From Glaucostegus cemiculus (lineage: Eukaryota), in assembly GCA_976551045.1 (NCBI GenBank), contig CDPCPM010000010.1:12487244-12526000 (forward strand): 38,757 nt of DNA. The letters run 5' to 3'. The notes under the pieces are model-generated. The model did not search any database, had not been told where the DNA came from, and saw only the letters and a list, made by a program, of their open reading frames with translations. The translations under genes were made by a program, and so were the position numbers. Below, in pieces: positions 1 through 12,110 of this stretch; position 1 is the stretch's first letter, and each line of letters begins with the position of its first letter.

Positions 1-1080
1 TGCTACACAGATGTGATAGCAGATTATTCAGCTTTCTTCCCACCTCAGTAGTGCACAGTGACTTCTTGACCAGCTTTGTGCTATTGCACAGAGTTTGTGT
101 GTGACTAGAAATAATCCACAAACACAGCTTGAAAGGAACATAAAGATCATTTGCCTAGACTCCTCGTCCAGACTTTCCCAAAAGATATTTAAAGCAAGTT
201 GTATCAATTGAAACAGATAGTTAACAATAAAATAAACTATCTCCAGTTCTTTCTCTTTCTTTCCTTCTTTGTTTCATTTGATATGACTTCATTTAATGTA
301 TTTTAAGTATCTGTTGCTACCTCTCTGATTATCACTTTATCTGTCCCATACTCTTTTTTTTGGATTTGGAAGAAGCGTCTTTGGGCAAGGTCGAGCTGGG
401 ATCCACTTACATTCTAGGCCATATGTGAAAACCAGAGAAACAATGGGAGATGGTTCTGTGGTGAGATAATGGACCTTATTCTACTTTTGGAATACTGAGC
501 TAATGTGGGCTTCTCCATTCTCTACCTGTTCAACGTCACTGATGTTTGTTGCAAAAATGAGATATCAAGTTTCATGATTAGGACTTATCTGATGCATTCA
601 TTTTCATAGTACATTCAAAACAAGTGATTGGAATACCAAACAAGCTGTATGGTCTGGAGTTACTACAGTAGCTCTTTGCACAGAGCATCAAAGTTCTGTC
701 CAAATCAAAAAGGATAATTCAAACAATACAGTAAAATCAAGAATATTAGCAAATTGGAAACTGTACTCAGCACTGTTTACCATCACACACAGGGATTTTG
801 TGTAGAAAATCCTTTATGCTCCAGCTATAGCTTACAAATATGGTATGCCTTAAAGGAAAACAGAAATGAATGAAGCTGTCATCTCAAAGGCATTTCACAA
901 ATAGAGAAGCATTCTGTAATTATGAATGAGTGAATGAACACTGGAGTTGTGGAAACCTGCAGCAGAGATCAGCTGAGCTTCTTGTGCACAATGTAATTAT
1001 ATCATTGAGGAAGACCAGTGAATGTTTTCATTTCTGTACACCTTTGCATAATTACAACTGGCAAAGTAGCACCAAAGTAT

Positions 1081-1245
1081 CAACAACCTGCATTTAAAAT
1101 AGAGTAAACGACAGCAAGACTTGATCACAAGTGTCGGTTTTAAGGAGGATTTTAAAGGAGGTTCAGGGAGGAAGTTCAGGTATTTATGGCCTCCACAGCC
1201 GAAGGCTTGGTCATTATTAGCGGAGCAATTGAAATCAAGATAAAA
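1081..1245 (-). mobile_element. Degenerate L2-clade LINE 3' end fragment
   Basis: caacaacctgcattta... and ttttaaggaggattttaaaggag...ttcagggagg...gaaggc...ggagcaattgaaatca resemble the reverse complement of the elasmobranch L2 3' end (recalled consensus, not aligned). Confidence 0.5.
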
Positions 1246-1330
1246 TACAGGAAACGCTCAGCAGATCAGTTAGCATGGGTGGAGAGAGAAATGGGTCAAA
1301 TAATCTTCATCAGAACTGAGAAAGAGGGAA
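1246..1330 (-). mobile_element. Penelope-like element terminal (pLTR) fragment
   Basis: ctcagcagatcagttagcatgggtggagagagaaa...cttcatcagaact is the reverse complement of the same tail seen on + at 2090-2215 and 24054-24125. Confidence 0.6.
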
Positions 1331-1451
1331 AACAAGTTCATTTTCAGTTGCAGAGAAGATGGGGGAGAGATATTGGTGATAGGGTAAGAGGAGAGTTGCC
1401 CAGTTTACAGAACTGATGAGTTAACAGATCAATGGTAGTTCTGTGCGTGAA

Positions 1452-1478
1452 AGAGAGAGAGAGAGAGAGAGAGAGAGA
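1452..1478. repeat. (GA)n microsatellite
   Basis: About 13 uninterrupted AG units seen directly. Confidence 0.97.
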
Positions 1479-1529
1479 TTAAAGCTGTAAAATGCAGGTT
1501 AGATTTGTTGCTGAGATTTTAAACCGAAA

Positions 1530-1825
1530 GGATAATACTGGAAATATCCAGATTAGACAGTATCTGTGGAAAAAGGTGCATTGATATTACAGATAAAATT
1601 GCAGCAGAACCGATCAGTCCTGATATGAACAGGAAAAGTAAGTTACCTGAAATTGTTGAATTCAATATCAAGACCCAAAGGCTGCAACACATCCAGACAG
1701 AAGTTGAGGTGCTGTTGCTCCAGCTACACTGGGCTTTGTTGGATCAGTGCAGGAGGCCACACACAGATACGTGAGAGTGTGAAATGGATGAAAAATTGAA
1801 CTAATAGGCAGTTGGAAGCTCTGGC
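1530..1825 (-). mobile_element. Penelope-like element, C-terminus of GIY-YIG endonuclease plus 3' tail (decayed)
   Basis: Minus-strand translation PELPTAY*FNFSSISHSHVSVCGLLH*SNKAQC/LEQQHLNFCLDVLQPLGLDIEFNNFR* matches the vertebrate Penelope C-terminus (PELPVACHFN...LEEQHLIFRLGTLQP.GLNIEFNNF). Confidence 0.85.
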
Positions 1826-1944
1826 TCCCACAAGAATGAACCTGAGCTTCTAATTTTGTCCGTAAAATGCTTATCATTTCCTATTTGTATTGGCACTGGT
1901 CAGCTCTGCTGCAAGGTTGTTCTTCTGTAATATAAACTTAGTTT

Positions 1945-2225
1945 GTTTTCTCCCTCCCTAATGGCCTTCATTAATCTATCAACTAAATGGCTCGGCAAAC
2001 TGGGCAACTCTGGTCTCGCCCAATCAGAGATATTCCCTTTGCCCTATCCAACCCTCCCCAATCACTTTGCAACGTAAAAGTAACAAGTTTTCTCTCTTTT
2101 CCAGTCATGATGAACGTTCTTCAACCTGAAACACTAACGCTGTTTCTCTTTGCACAAAGCTGCCTGACATGCTGTGTTTCCAGCATGTTCAGTTCTTATA
2201 TCAAATTTCCAACATCGTCACTTTA
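1945..2225 (+). mobile_element. Penelope-like element 3' tail / pLTR fragment
   Basis: ccaatcagagatattcccttt...tgatgaa...cctgaaacactaacgctgtttctct...gctgcctgacatgctgtgtttccagcat...atttccaacatc, the characteristic Penelope terminal sequence; opposite orientation to the adjacent minus-strand pieces. Confidence 0.7.
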
Positions 2226-3259
2226 ATGATTTTCAGTTGAAATCAAGAACGTACAAGGGGCAAAAAATGGTAGACTAGAAACATGTCATTGTTGTAGGGA
2301 TGCAAGAAGATTCAAAGGAAGGGTGAGACTTTTATGGATGATTAAGATCTTCCCTCCCTGTGCTATACAATTACAGAGTGCAGAAAGGAAAGCGACAGGT
2401 AAGAGTATGTCCAAAAGATCACAGGGAGTTTGACCCAGCAGTCAGCATCAAGGCCTGGGGTTGTTGTGTTGGAGAACTGTAGCTCAGGGATGCTGTGTTG
2501 GGGCTTTGGAGGGCAGGTTACATCAGAAAACTGAGCCACTGGGGGGAATGGAGTGGGATTGGTGTTGAGAAGGATGCATCCAAAGATTTGAACCTGGGAG
2601 AGCGGTTGTGCTGAAGGATCTGGGCCTTTGGTGGGGCACAGTAGGATCATGACCTGGGTTTGTGAACTTGCAAGTATGGTATGGATTGGTACAATGAGGT
2701 CAGGTGAGCATGGTGGCTGGTTGGAAGCCTGTAAGTCAGAAGATTTGATTTTGTAGGGCATGCAATGACATGAAATCCAAGGAATATACTGATTCCTTAT
2801 TCAAAGTTTAAATTAAATCAGAATGACTCACCAAAAGGTTATGTGATACTGGGTGTACTTTAACATTGGTGCAACCACACATCGTGCAGGGCAAGCAATA
2901 CTCAAGATATAGAGTGGCTCATATTCATGTTCCCACTGGATGACATCCAACCGAGATACCGCCCTCACTTTGGCTTCCTAACCTTTCACTGCCTGAGTCA
3001 TTACCAACACTTTTCCTTGTTTATCCAAATTACCAATGGCTGAAAGTAAAAGTAGCAGGGATACCTCCACTCATACCTTTCTTTTTTAGTGTCTGCTGAG
3101 AATATCTAAATAAAGGGAAGAGTAAGGAAAATTTGGGAAGTACAGAAAAAGTAAGGGTAATGATGCTGAGAGAAGCAAATGCTACGTCACCAAATTGGTC
3201 TTAAATGATGGCAGCACAGGGGACAGACATGAGCTCTGTTTACATGGCAAGTGGAACAG

Positions 3260-3580
3260 TAGCCAAGTCCTGGGGAAATAACTTGCTGCCACCACAGTGA
3301 TGCCAAGCCACAAGGTGCAAGGGGCCCGTTATCTTCCTGGGAGGATATTCAGCAGGAAACTAACAACTCGGGGAACCTGGATAATTCAGACCACCGGAAC
3401 GCAGACTTCGCCAACAGGTTCTACGTCGTCTGCTGCACACAAGCTCAAGCCTTCCGGACTCTGCAGGAACAGGGGAGTGGGGTGCAATCTTGCAAATAGA
3501 CATGAATGAGAATCGGAAGGGAACTTAAAATAATGAATGAAGGTAACTCAAGCATCGCTCATCCCTGCTCCACTTCGGTT
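3260..3580 (+). mobile_element. Highly decayed PIF/Harbinger transposase C-terminal relic (tentative)
   Basis: VLGK*LAATTVMPS (cf. LLGDKGYPL.TWLMTP) followed by NLDNS...NRFYVVCCT (cf. CLDRSGG...SRFVVVCCMLHN) in the expected order; locally CpG-richer than flanks. Confidence 0.35.
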
Positions 3581-4199
3581 TCGATCAGAACCCGGGCGGG
3601 GCAGGCAACCCATGGCTCCCAGGAAGCAGATCGGTGACAGAAAGTAGTTAAGGAGGCTGCACACCTCTATCCTCACAAGCTGTCAAATTTTCACTTATGT
3701 CAACCGAGCTTGTCTGGCCTCAGGGAAACCTCGCTGATAAAAGCAGGCAAGAAAGACTGGGTCATAAGGTAATTGTATTTACAGCGTTGCTTGAGGGACT
3801 AAATTGACAGCAGCATTTTTAGCAATAACCTTATAACTCATAATCTGTCTGACTCCTACTTTGTCCTTATCTTGATTTCCTCTCTGTCTCTTCCTAATCA
3901 TCAAGCCTACCTCCAGTAATCTCATTCCCCATGTACCGACAGTCCCCTCCTTCCACTATCAATTCCCTTCCCCATTAAAACAACATCCACCTCTGCCCTG
4001 TCATTCTGCTACAGGTTTTGCCAATTGTCAGATAGCCAGGCGGGAGTAAATTAAAACATTCCCTGCAGGTAACGGTGGGGGATTTGAGGAAACATTTCTG
4101 GCACCACAACCTCTCTCCTCCTACCTTGCCCCCTTTGCTCCGTGAGCCTTAGGAACTTTTTTTTAATGACTTTACTTACAGGATGCAGGTAACTCAGCC

Positions 4200-4312
4200 G
4201 AACACGGGATATAGGCCAAACACGGGCAAATGCGACCAGTTTAGCTGGGCACATTGGTCGGCATGGACGAGTTGGGCTGAAGCACCTGTTTCTGTGCTGT
4301 ATGACTATATGA
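4200..4312 (+). mobile_element. CR1 (HER1-type) LINE 3' UTR tail
   Basis: gggatataggccaaacacgggcaaatg...ttggtcggcatggacgagttgggctgaag...ctgtttctgtgctgtatgactatatga; same tail as 33145-33303. Confidence 0.8.
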
Positions 4313-4434
4313 AGCCACTTGTCAGCCAGGCCAGGTAAAGGCAGCAGTGAACATCCTATGGTTTAATGGTTACGGTTACTGAAATTACGGAGTCACATCA
4401 CTCATAGTCAGATTTTACCTGCAACGCACTTGAT

Positions 4435-5066
4435 GCTTGAAAGGCATTGGTAAGACAAAATTTGGAGTATTGAGAGCAGTTTTGGGTCTCATATCTGAGG
4501 AAGAATGTGCTGGCATTGGAGAGGGGCCAGAGGAGGTTTACGAGAATGGTTCCGAGGATGAAAGGGTTAACGAATGAGGAGTGTTTGATGGCTCCGGGTG
4601 GTTATTCTCACTGGAGTTTAGAAGGATGGTGGGGGGTGGGGGTTGGGTGGGGGTGGGGGGTGGGGGTTGGGTGGGGGGGGGGGGGTGGAATCTCATTGAA
4701 ACCTACCGAATATTGAAAGGCCTGGATAGAGTGGACATGGAGAGGATATTTCCAGTAGTGCAAGAGTTGAGGGCCAAAGGGCACAGTCTCAGAATAGAAA
4801 GACGTCCCTTTAGAACAGATGAGGATGAATTCCTTTAGCCAGAGGGTGGTGAATCTGTGGAATTCATTGCCACAGCCGGCTGTGGAGGCAAAGTCATTGG
4901 GTATGTTTAAGGTGGAGGTTGATAGGTTCTTGGTTCGTCAGGCATGAAAGGTTACAGGGGGAAAAAGCAGGAGAATGGGGTTGAGAGGGAAAAATAAATC
5001 AGCCATGATCGAATGTGGAGCAGGCTCGATGGACCGAATGGCTAATTCTGCTCCCATGTCTCATGG
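4435..5066 (+). mobile_element. CR1 LINE 3' fragment (RT C-terminus and 3' UTR)
   Basis: ORF pieces LALERGQRRFTRMVPRMKGL and LEFRRM...NLIETYRILKGLDRVDMERIFPV...GHSLRI; the region also contains agccagagggtggtgaatctgtggaattcattgccacag; homologous to the copy at 24651-25245. Confidence 0.93.
4628..4688 (+). repeat. G-rich (GGGGGT-like) low-complexity expansion with G-quadruplex potential, inside CR1
   Basis: About nine G-runs of 3 or more separated by single or double T, interrupting the CR1 RRMRGDLIE codons. Confidence 0.9.
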
Positions 5067-6904
5067 AATTTGATCTGATGTCTCTGGATCAAAGGTCCAG
5101 ACTCCTGCTAGTCCAATAATTGTCGGCTATAATGACCGAATTAGCAGAAGTCTGGACCACTGTATACAGCTTGACATTGTTATATGGCCAGGCTTCTAAT
5201 CCAGCTCAAATCAATGGTGGCATGGGAATATGTTTAGTACAGAGATTTACTAAGGATATTTCATGATGCAGAAAACTACGATGGACACTCAGACAACAGC
5301 AGGATGGTTAAGTGAGTAGTATAGATATGTTTCTATTGCAGATGAAGAGGACAAAGTACAACCTGCATAAAGAGACCTGAAAATAATTAATGGGAATTAA
5401 TGGATTGAATATAATCATAAATATATAATTTTAAGTATATCATTTTTTATAATGGAAAATGATAATGGTCATTAAAATAACAATACTTCCAACAATTTAT
5501 GATTTTTATGTGATGGTACAAAAGAACTATGCAAGGAAACTGCAGAAGATTTAGCCTGGTTTTGTTTCCTTTCATTCATTAAATCCCTAATCGCCCTCAA
5601 GAAGGTGTTGGGAGGCTAACACTGAATACAGTAACCCGTGTGGTGATGTGGAAAATTCCAAAGGATTGTAATGCTTAAGCCACTTGTACATTCTGCAACA
5701 TTTCAAATTTCTTTTCCTTATAGATAAACTTGGATGCAATATTCTCAGTAAGAGATCTTTAAAATGAAAACATCACATCAGTTGTTCTATATTTTATATT
5801 AGTTGTGACATACTTTAATACATTATCTGCTTCATCAATAGCAGGTTTGTCCTGCAGATACGTCTCTATACAATTATAACAACCAACTGCCATTATCCTT
5901 TGTATCTCATCACTCTTGCAACACATGGAACCCTTTGTTAGTAACTGACCACGTAATATTGATTGCCCAATATTTCTTAAAAGCTTGTGAATCTACAGCC
6001 CACAATTGTATACCAATTTTCTTGTACCATTATTAACCTGCTGTTGAGAAGTTCACAACAGAATTTGAAACAACTTATCAAACCTTTCAAGAAAGCCACT
6101 TAACAGTCATAAATCAAGTTGTGATTTTCCCCTACTCAGCTCCAGAAATGTTGGCACAGCTTAGAACGCATGTATATTTGAAATCATACACTTGTACCAC
6201 TTATATCACTTTCACTAACTTATTTCAAACATCTATTTATACAAATCACAACAAAGACCCTAAAGTCAACTTCACAAGGAGAAGTCGGGAAATTATGGCT
6301 CAGAGCCAACCAAGTGGTCACAGCAGCAGTGTAACACTACTGTTTACTATTTTCAAATTTATATGACAGAATTCCAATGAACTTGAAAAATAATATCATA
6401 ATGGAGCTTGGTGTTTTTTTCTCGTTAATTTGCTGCATTGCAAGAGTACTGTTACTGGTAATTCAAAGACAGCCTTTATGGAACTGTTAACTTAGCAAAG
6501 TTGTGGTCTATTTAACATGGATGAGAAATACAGATTGATTCAGAATTGCTCCTCACAGTAGTAGATTTGGCTATAGGCAAAGATAATTCTGTAATCCAAT
6601 TGCTAAAGCTAAGTTACCCAGCAAAACAGTCGGAAAACAGATTAGCAGGAGACAAAGTAATGGCCTAAGTTCAGATGGTTTAATTGGAGGCAACATATTG
6701 AAACTAGAGACTTTCAACTCAAGCAGCAAGGAAATATTTCAGAGAATTTGGCGAGAGCTTTCCAGCTCACATGGTAGATTACAAACACATTGAAATCTTA
6801 TCTCCCATTAGTCACTACTGGGTTCTGGTCACGATCCCTCAACATTATTTTCATGAAAGGATCGATCTCCTGCTTCCCAGAGGTTGTTGGTCGCTATCCC
6901 AGAG

Positions 6905-7210
6905 AGAGGTGCCGTGCACAGCATTTAGTGCTGGTGCTTCACAACATTAGGGGCCTGGGTTCAATTCTCACCCAGGGTGCTGTCTTGTGGAGTTCTCTTA
7001 TTCTCTCATGACATATTGGAAGCCTGCCAGCTGCTCTGGTTTCCTCCAATGTCCCAAAGGCAGGCTGACAAGTTAATTGGAAATTATAAATTATTCCGTC
7101 AAGGGGGAGGGGGGCATGCGTAATAGGTTGCAGGACCATTGGGACTGAAGGAATTGCACTTCTGGGAGCTAACATGGGCCTGATGGGCTGAAAGGCCTTT
7201 GCCAGTATCA
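6905..7210 (+). mobile_element. tRNA-derived V-SINE (HE1-like) with CR1-type tail
   Basis: B-box-like GGTTCAATTC at ~6958, central gctgtcttgtggagttct...gctctggtttcctcc...cccaaag V-domain-like core, tail tgatgggctgaaaggcct. Confidence 0.75.
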
Positions 7211-8364
7211 AAATAAGTAGGCTGTTGTGGCAAGTCCACTCATGGAACCAGGGTCAGTGGTCTGCCAAGGATATGGTCTGCCATATTGCTCAGAATTTCC
7301 CAAATGACAGAATTGTTAGCCAGCAAATCAGGGAGGATTTCAACAGAAGATCTGCCCTATTGTGTACAAATCGCTTTCTGAAATTGGTAAAAGAAATAAT
7401 GAAGTAGCCGTCCTCCAGCAGTTTAGCCACTGATCATTGAAGGGACAGAAGAATCGTTATAGATCAGGTTTGAAACTTAGCTTCATGCCGAGCTAGGAGG
7501 GGTGGGCTGCAGCCTCTCCACAGCCAACAGGACAATGGCTACCAGCACTGCAATGGCCCAAAGTTGACTCCCACAGCCAGTCACTCTGTTTAGGAAGGTC
7601 AGTATTGGACATTGGGTCGACTTGGGTGCAAAGATGCACAGTTCACATTGTGAAAAGCTGTATCACCTAATTGTAATTAATGAGGGAAAAACCTCCTCTC
7701 GACATTACTGTCAGAGGTCTTTGCAAACTGAGTCTGGTCAATCTCAATCTTGATCTCAGTAACATTGGTCCTGAAAAACACAACAGCACATAATTTTGTA
7801 CGAATTGACACTGAACAGGCAGTCTCATTCAGTCAGCTGATGTCATAGACAGAAAAAAATTATTGATAAATACTTTGCCATTTAATTTATGGTCTGAGAG
7901 GAGCAGTAAAAGGAGGCCAGTGTGGGAATTGGGAGAAAAATGTATACTGCAGCTGCAGGGGGTACTATCTGTCCTTGCAGTTAAGCCACATGAACAGACT
8001 AAAGTAAAAACAGCTTTGCTTAGAAATGCGGATGCCCTGACTTGATCTGACAATGCAGGACATTAAATGCTTCTTCAATTTGTATATGAGTGTAACAGTG
8101 GTATGTGTGAACGAGGGGGAAGGGAGAGGATAGAGGATGGAATTGATGTGTCGTCCATCACTCTGCGCAGGCATACTTCATCTTAATAATAGGGAATGAA
8201 AAAGGAATTAAAAAATTAATAGCTTAACTTACTGTTGTTGTTAACATTGTTGTGCTTCAGGTTAGCCCACCAATTGGAAATCTTTGTTCAAGTAAGCAAA
8301 TCATGGTCCCAACCAAAAAGTAGAAAGGCTAAAACTGGTGAAGTTCAGAAATTCACAGATAAAT

Positions 8365-9050
8365 GTCTTGCCTTTAAGCGTACATGGGCAACTTGCACAG
8401 ACAATGTGGTCCAAGGGAGTGATTTCCACTTGTTGGAGGGAAACATCAAAAACACTAAATTGTAACAAATGGAAGTGAATTGCTGCTTCACTTGGAAGGA
8501 CTGACTGGAACGTTGGATGATGGGGAGGGACAAGGTAAAAGATCAGGAATTGCACCTCCTGTGGCCTTATGATCAGAACAAATATAACAGAGCTTACAAA
8601 ACTAAGAGAATAGAATGGAATCCTTACAGGAAGTGGGTGGGAAGTGTAGTCAAGCTGTGTGAGTCTGGGGGCTTATAATAGGTATTGGTTACTGACCTCT
8701 TCTGTGAGGTGGTGATCAAGAAGTCAAGAAAGAGAAGAGCCAGATATGGACAACGTGAAGGTGCAAAGAGGGGAAATTGTATGTGCAGGAATCAGTGCCA
8801 ATATAGTTATCGACATATCAGGAAAAAGAGGTGAGGAAGTGAGCCCAAGTAGGACTGAAACAAGAACTATTCCACATATTCCATGAAGAGAAAGGCACAG
8901 CTTGGCTGTTGTTAGTTCCCACAATGACACCTTTGATCCGGAAAAAGTGAGTGGAGTTCAAGGAGAAGTTGTTAATAATTTAGGAGCTAATTCAGACAGG
9001 TCAATGAGGATGGTGGTGCTGGAGGGGAACTGACTGGGTTTCTGACCATC
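8365..9050 (-). mobile_element. Penelope-like element, decayed RT and GIY-YIG coding region
   Basis: Minus strand gives PSQFPSSTTILIDLSEL (cf. FPSTTTLLRLAELVLTLNNF), segments resembling the YACLFMGYVE, YIDD and YKPTDSH.YLDY.SSHPASCKDSIPFS motifs, then HRRCNS*SFTLSLPIIQRSSQSFQVKQQFTSICYNLV (cf. RRCNTCPFTSSLPTIQGPKHSFQVKQRFTCTSFNLVY). Confidence 0.88.
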
Positions 9051-9259
9051 CTCACATGTGATGGAGATGTAGGGGGACTGTTCAAGCAGTGAAGATGAGC
9101 CATTCGCAACCTGGAAACTAAGAACCCTCCAAGATACTCTTCTCATGGAGTTCCACACTGCTTCTTTACCTTTGAACTAACGAGGTAGAAATAATCATGT
9201 TCAGATTTTTTTTGGAAGGACAACTTTGTCCAGAGCACAGCAATCTACGTGGGATAGAT

Positions 9260-9612
9260 GTAGAGGAGCACATTACAGAATAATGCTCCAGCAGTCCAGG
9301 TTCATTTCTGGTCTCCACCACTACCTGTGTGGATTTTGGACGTTCTCCCTGTGGCCATGTGGATTTGCCCCAGGTGCTCCAGTTTTCTCCCGCATCCCAA
9401 CATTGGTGGGTTAGTTGGCAACTGGAAAATACCCCTCATGTAGCTGGGTGGCAGGATAATCAGAATGGAGTTGCTGGGATGCGAGAGAGAACAGGTTATC
9501 GGGAGATAAGTGGGGAAATGGGATCAACAGGATTGCTCTGAAGGAAGTCACTCAACCCACCATTAACCTGAAGGGCCATTTGACTTCCTTCCTGGCTGTA
9601 AGGGAATATGAG
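9260..9612 (+). mobile_element. tRNA-derived V-SINE
   Basis: caggttcatttctgg (B-box-like), ctgtgtggattttggacgttctccctgtggccatgtggatttgccccaggtgctccagttttctcccgcatccc V-domain, tail aagggccatttgacttcctt...gtaagggaatatga. Confidence 0.8.
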
Positions 9613-11509
9613 ATCTGAGAAATTCAATATGATTTTAAGGAATAGCACCTTACCTTTTCACAAGATTCTGGCCTTAACACTGAATACAACAACATTGGAT
9701 TTTCACCACCAATCTCACTTCTTCATCAGAGGGATGGAGACGGTGTCATTTGGTAATTATTATGCAAGCATAATATCTTCATGAAACTCACCATGGCTTA
9801 GTATTTTTGCATGTCTAACAGCAAAGTAAACTAAACAGCATTTATGGTGACTCATATGTCATTGGATCCCTTCCACACCACAAGTTGCTGTGTAATATAG
9901 ATAATATGGTGTATTCTATTATATTTGCAACAAACCATACAACCGTTTTCTTCTCATTCTGAAATGGATCACTGCGTGACTGACACAGATACCACTTGCC
10001 CTCTTCTGCGCAAATTGTTCAAGAGTATTTTGATTTTTTTTGTACTGCACGGCAGAAACAGGTTCCGGCACTTGAATTTAAAGTTTCAGGTGAGAATGCT
10101 TTTAAAAAATATGCTTTCTATAATTATAATTCCAATGTGAGAGATGAAATGATGTAAAAGAACATGCTGACATTTAGAAGTACATCTGCCATACTGGCAG
10201 CCAGAAAGTGTAATGAAATCTGAGCATTTATCAACAGAACTGCCAGATTATATTCTGCTACATCAAAAGTCCCAGCCATTGCAAGAACTTCAGACTCACT
10301 GCACCTTCACTGAGATGTGTTAAGATATGTAAGGATCCTGTTCATATACATAGCAGGTGACAAACATAATTCTGCCATGGTGATAAAACAGCATTATTGG
10401 TCTGGGGAAGAAATGCATTCAACAATGATATTTTCAGAATAAAATCAAACACTAGAAGAGAAATTGAAATCCTTGCTGACTTGATAATTTATAATGTTCA
10501 ATATCCAGGTAGTTCTGTTAAATGCTCAAATCACAGATTTATCCATGAGAACATTGAGCATGTTTTTGTCTCTTAATTTTCCTGCTACACAGATCTGCAG
10601 GCTACACCACAGTTAATTTTCTTTCTCAGCTACAGGCAGATCACAGCACGTTCATGCATAATGCTAGGATTTTCCCCATGAAATTCAAGAATGTTTATCT
10701 GCACCTCAAGACCTCTATCCAAGATGTGCAAGATTGTCAAGTGACCAAGGCAAGATATGCTTATTCATTTATATGCTTTAGTTTTTCTTTATGTAAGAGT
10801 TGCTTTATTCTGTCATTATATTTACCAATTACACAATTATACTTTAAAATGCAAAACATATTACTTTTAATGGGTATTTATTTACCTCCAAACATAATAG
10901 GTATTGAAAAATCAATATGACTGATGCAAGTCATGCTGCTTCATTATGTTCCATGTGGCAGTAAGATACTCTTCCTGAAACTACAGTCTCACACATGACA
11001 CTAGATATCTTTAAGATGATGCATTCCCGGTTTCATGCAAATACATTGCAAGATGCATGCTTGAACACAAGTAAAATTGTTCCTGTAGCATGCAGACTTA
11101 AAACATTGAGCAAACAATTGCAAAGGAATTAAACTGCTGTAGTAGCTCTGGCAGTTATTTTTCAAATGTTAGGAGGTTTGAAAAGTCAGGTTACCAGTAG
11201 TTGGATTTTATCTCCTGCTTATAATATGATACGATTTATCTAGCTGTAAAATAAGGTAGAATGTTCAACCATTTTTTCTTCAGGTCATTCTCTGCTCTCT
11301 CTCTTCTGATCCCTTCATCTTACTCCCGAGGCCAAGCTGACCTGCAGCCTCTAAGTTTTAAAACTGTTTTGACATCCAACACTGGGTGAGCAGAAAGTCC
11401 CTCCAATTAATCGTTCGGGAGATCAGTCATTTTCAGTCCTCATCACAAGTATTCTCTAGCGAACTACTCCACCCACCAAAAAAGGATCTGAAACTGGGAC
11501 AGACTGCCT

Positions 11510-12110
11510 GGAACCTCGGTGCCAATATTAGACCCTGAGTTGAATATCAAAACATAAAATTTTGCTAAGATGTCTACTTCCATCTCCCAAACGTTGCCCG
11601 ACTCCACTCTAACCTCTGCTCATCTATTCCCTCATCTGTACCTTTATTAGCTTCAGCTGCACCTATTCCATTGAAATCTTGGCCTGTCTTCCTCATTCTA
11701 CCCTTTACAATATTGAAATCATTCAAAATGCTGACTGTGTCCTAATTTGCACCAAGTCCTGTTCACCCACCACACTTGTTGATGCCTTGATTTTAAAGCT
11801 CACATGCTTGTTTTCAAATAGCCTGGCCTATCCATATCCTGCTAAGCTTTTCCAGTTCTGCAGCCCTCTGAGATCTCCAATTCTGTTCTCTTGATCATTC
11901 CTCAGTTTACGGTGCCTTGGCGCCAAGACCAGAAGCTCTGGAATCCCCTCATTTTCTCTTATTCCTATAATATGCTCCTTAAATCCTACCTCTGATCCGG
12001 TGATCTCTCATTTTCCCTGATAGTTCTGAATGCAGCTAGGCACCATTTTGTTTGTATTCTAATGCAACAGTACAAATCATTCCGTAACACCACAGGTGCT
12101 ACATGTAGAA
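11510..12110 (+). mobile_element. L2-clade LINE 3' fragment (RT C-terminus, decayed)
   Basis: NLGA.LDPEL..., YFHLPNVARL (cf. YFHLRNIARL), LACLPHSTLYNIEIIQNADCVLICTKSCSPTT (cf. LAGLP.STL.KLELIQNSAARVLTRTKSRSPITP), then ctctggaatcccctc (LWNSLP). Confidence 0.85.

Noticed and set aside
370-465. SVFGQGRAG frame resembling an Ig/TCR J-segment FGxG motif
   Set aside because: Lacks the TxLxV continuation, and I see no heptamer/nonamer RSS upstream.
10630-10749. Acceptor plus 120-nt open frame ending at AAG/GCAAG
   Set aside because: Needs a weak non-canonical GC donor, peptide unrecognisable, no partner exons found.
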